NCBI GenBank assembly: GCA_030295235.1
Contig: AP026180.1
Span: forward strand, 124,001-188,000
Direction of reading: 5' to 3'
From: Fistulifera solaris
Taxonomy: Eukaryota
DNA length: 64,000 nt
This document shows positions 60,519-64,000 of the stretch, in pieces. A model generated the notes under the pieces. The model was not told the DNA's origin, searched no databases, and saw only the letters and a program-made list of their open reading frames with translations. Within the stretch, counting starts at the first letter, position 1, and every line of letters begins with the position of its first letter. A program made the position numbers and the translations under genes.

Positions 60519-62016
60519 GTAGGATCGAAAAGAATCTGGTCCAGATTTTCAGGACCACCACAGAATTTCTGTAGGAGCACACCACTAATTCCAGAATTTC
60601 TGGAAAATTCACTTTCTTTCGTTACGATCCAAGCAAAGCTTCCAAAATTGCTGCAACCCGCAACCACTTTCGTCGTGATCCATAACAACGACTTCAGATT
60701 TTCTGGAACGTGCGCAGCATTTTCGTAGGATCGAAAAGAATCTGGTCCAGAATTTCTGTACTACCACAGAATTTCTGTAGGAGCACACCACTAATTCCAG
60801 AATTTCTGGAATGTGCGTTTTCTTTCGTTACGATCCAAGCAAAGCTTCCAAAATTGCTGAAACCCGCAACCACTTTCGTCGTGATCCATAACAACGACTT
60901 CAGATATTTTGGAACGTGCGCAGCATTTTCGTAGGATCGAAAAGAATCTGGTCCAGAATTTCTGTACTACCACAGAATTTCTGTAGGAGCACACCACTAA
61001 TTCCAGAATTTCTGGAATGTGCGTTTTCTTTCGTTAAGATCCAAGCAAAGCTTCCAAAATTGCTGAAACCCGCAACCACTTTCGTCGTGATCCATAACAA
61101 CGACTTCAGATATTTTGGAACGTGCGCAGCATTTTCGTAGGATCGAAAAGAATCTGGTCCAGAATTTCTGGACCACCACAGAATTTCTGTAGGAGCACAA
61201 CACTAATTCCAGAATTTCTGGAATGAGCGTTTTCTTTCGTTACGATCCAAGCAAAGCTTCCAAAATTGCTAAAACCCGCAAGCACTTTCGTCATGGTCCA
61301 TAGCACCGACTTCAGATATTTTGGAACGTGCGCAGCATTTTCGTAGGATCGAAAAATAATCTGGTCCAGAATTTCAGGACCACCACAGAATTTCTCTACG
61401 ACCACACCACTAATTCCAGAATTTCTGGAGCATGCACTTTCTTTCGTTACGATCCAAGCAAAGCTTCCAAAATTGCTGAAACCCGCAACCACTTTCGTCG
61501 TGATCCATAACAACGACTTCAGATATTTTGGAACGTGCGCAGCAATTTTCGTAGGATCGAAAAGAATCTGGTCCAGAATTTCTGTACTACCACAGAATTT
61601 CTGTAGGAGCACACCATTAATTCCAGATTTTCTGGAACATTCACTTTCTTTCGTTACGATCCAAGCAAAGCTTCCAAAATTGCTGCAACCCGCAACCACT
61701 TTCGTCATGATCCATAACAACGACTTCAGATATTTTGGAACGTGCGCAGCATTTTCGTAGGATCGAAAAGAATCTGGTCCAGAATTTCAGGACCACCACA
61801 GAATTTCTCTACGACCACACCACATTTTCCAGAATTTCTGGAATGTGCGTTTTCTTTCGTTACGATCCAATCAAAGCTTCCAAAATTGCTGAAACCCGCA
61901 ACCACTTTCGTCGTGATCCATAACACCGACTTCAGATATTCTGGAACGTGCGCAGCATTTTCGTAGGATCGAAAAGAATCTGGTCCAGAATTTCTGGACC
62001 ACCACAGAATTTCTGT
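60519..62016. repeat. 206-bp tandem repeat, ~7.3 copies
   Basis: GTAGGATCGAAAA(G/AT)AATCTGGTCCAG at 60519, 60725, 60931, 61137, 61343, 61551, 61757 and 61963. Confidence 0.97.
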
Positions 62017-62550
62017 ATGATTGAAAACTCTATTTATAGAACACTCGCGAATCGCGAACGACCAAGGCTTGTGATACGAGCTGAGACTTTTGTTTTGATA
62101 TTCGATGCCCGTTTAGACTCGCGAAACGACTTATAAAGCAAACATTTTGTTGATTGTTAACATCTGATGATACTGCTGAAACTCGTAACAATAAACAATA
62201 GGAACAAAGGAACAAACCATGGGCAAGGTTCGACCGACCGACGGGCATTCGTCATTCAACGCAACGGACGCTTTCGCGGACCGTGGGACGTTGGACGACC
62301 GGCGCGCTCGTTCTTAACTATCTACAAGAAAGTACTTCGATGGTACCGTTGCTCGTCGTGTTTTTTCTCCCTCGTCGTTTCGTTCTCTTTATTTCATTTC
62401 CTCTCTCTTTTCCATCGATGGTCTTGTTGTGATAGTGTTGCAGAGAATTTTCTCTTTCATCAAATAATCAAAAGGAACAAACTCAGAAAAGCTGCTGTCG
62501 CTCAAATTCTTCCCGTCGTAAGCTAACGCAACAAAGAAGCGCACACAAAC

Positions 62551-63945
62551 ATGGCGCGACGGCAATCCCTTCCGGTGACGGTGCTCTTCATTTTGTTCAT
62601 TGTGGTCTTGACGTATTTAGTACAAATGAATCAGATTGACATGACTTCATTTCAAGAAGTATGGAGTAAGGCAACGTCGGATACAGCTACGCAGAAAACA
62701 ACGCTCCCTTCGTTGCGATTTGTGTGGGATTCACAACCGACGAAAAGCACATCAAAAACGACGCAACCTGAGAATGATGATTCGAGTGACGACAGCGAAG
62801 ACGATGACGATGATGTCAAAAACGACAATCAAAAGGATAAAGAGGAAAGCAAAGATGATGACGAAGAGAGCAAAGACGAGGAAGAAAGTAGAGACGACGA
62901 TCAGGAAGGAAGCAAAGATGATGAAGAGGAAAGTAAAGACGAAAGCACCGATAGTGTAGACGATAGTAGCGGTGGCGGTGACAGTGACGACGCAAATGAC
63001 GGCAAATCCCTTCGCAAACCACCTCGTTCGTCTTCCACTATCATTCCCAAAGTCGCTTGGTTGGCCAGTTATCCCAATTCCGGTACATCCTATACGATGA
63101 CAACTGTCGAACGATCGACCGATTTGTCAACCGCCACCATGTACGGCATTGAAATTGCGACCAAAGACAAGGATACATCGGAAGTGGTCACACCGGGAGG
63201 CCCCTTGTGGGAAGGCATGTCGGGAAAACGCGGTACGACCATTCGACCTTTACCGACCACCTACGTCTTGACCAAAACACATTGTGGAGGGCGTTGCATC
63301 AAATGCCCCGCCACCGAATACGTCATTGATGTTGAAGAATTTCGTCAAGCCTGTTTGCGAACGACGGGATACGATCCACCGCGACAACGCTTTGAGCGAC
63401 AAATGAAAGTACCCGTCGCCAAAATATTGCATCTGATTCGTAGCCCCTTTACCAACATTGTCGCGCGCTTCCATTTGGAGCAGCGTCATTATGTACGAGA
63501 AGGCAACAACAAGTACGAACGCGATGCCGATGGTTTTCGTCAGTGGTGCAAGGATTTGGACAAGAGATACAGTAAAACGGAACATTTGGTGTGGCAGGAC
63601 GATCCGGCCTTGAAAGAACTTTTTTTGCAAGTGCCCTGTCGAGCGGAATTTTACAAATACACGCAATGGCACAACCATTTGTTCCAATTGCGTGACATGT
63701 TGTCCAATCCGAAGGACGACTACTTGGTCGTGCATTATGAAGACTACGAAACCAATTTGAATGCTACCATTGGAACGATTATGGACTTTTTAGAGCAAGA
63801 AGTAGTGAACCCATTGCGCGAATTCCGACCCTTGCCGGATTATGCCGATCATTTCTCGAAATCGGATCGTCGTCGTGTTCGACAATTAGTTCAGTACATG
63901 TCATCGAGTGAAACGTGGAGCATGTTGGAGCGCTATCTGGATTAA
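62551..63945 (+). CDS. Type-II membrane sulfotransferase-like protein with acidic linker
   Basis: N-terminal TM and D/E-rich stem. WLASYPNSGTSYT (5'-PSB loop), LTKTH, HLIRSP (3'-PB), VHYED. Confidence 0.8.
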   Translation: MARRQSLPVTVLFILFIVVLTYLVQMNQIDMTSFQEVWSKATSDTATQKTTLPSLRFVWDSQPTKSTSKTTQPENDDSSDDSEDDDDDVKNDNQKDKEESKDDDEESKDEEESRDDDQEGSKDDEEESKDESTDSVDDSSGGGDSDDANDGKSLRKPPRSSSTIIPKVAWLASYPNSGTSYTMTTVERSTDLSTATMYGIEIATKDKDTSEVVTPGGPLWEGMSGKRGTTIRPLPTTYVLTKTHCGGRCIKCPATEYVIDVEEFRQACLRTTGYDPPRQRFERQMKVPVAKILHLIRSPFTNIVARFHLEQRHYVREGNNKYERDADGFRQWCKDLDKRYSKTEHLVWQDDPALKELFLQVPCRAEFYKYTQWHNHLFQLRDMLSNPKDDYLVVHYEDYETNLNATIGTIMDFLEQEVVNPLREFRPLPDYADHFSKSDRRRVRQLVQYMSSSETWSMLERYLD

Positions 63946-64000
63946 TTCAAACATATCTAAAATGAGTCGACGTGCTTATGAAGGCACTATGAAAGTAGAG

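Noticed and set aside
62760..63000. GATGAC/GAAGAG low-complexity tract as a DNA repeat element
   Set aside because: It simply encodes the acidic stem of the sulfotransferase-like protein.

Overview
Gene-dense eukaryotic nuclear DNA from a pennate diatom. The evidence is short GT-AG introns, ASAF-type bipartite plastid presequences and LHC/FCP genes; the expanded gene families resemble Fistulifera, which is an inference. Single-base frameshifts occur throughout, even in conserved genes, often at homopolymers, so many are probably assembly errors. In order, the window contains: a Tudor-like + aGPT-PPlase1/5hmdU-kinase-helical-domain gene running off the left edge (its catalytic-domain frame is absent from the ORF track); a 2OG-Fe(II) dioxygenase; cytochrome c6; an array of about 8 BTB/POZ genes; a complete PIF/Harbinger transposon that splits a p31comet-like gene; an array of lineage-specific LRR/RNI-like genes; a decayed transposase; TDP1; a non-autonomous TIR element nested in a satellite; FAD2; a ~2,190-aa membrane protein with six FEA1-like repeats; two Lhcz-type LHCs; a Rieske oxygenase; a three-domain glycosyltransferase; an SDR; an arrestin-like protein; RNase H1; and a sulfotransferase-like gene. 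Several tandem arrays with 205-240 bp periods sit in promoter-side intergenic regions. All calls come from motif reading; no database search was run.
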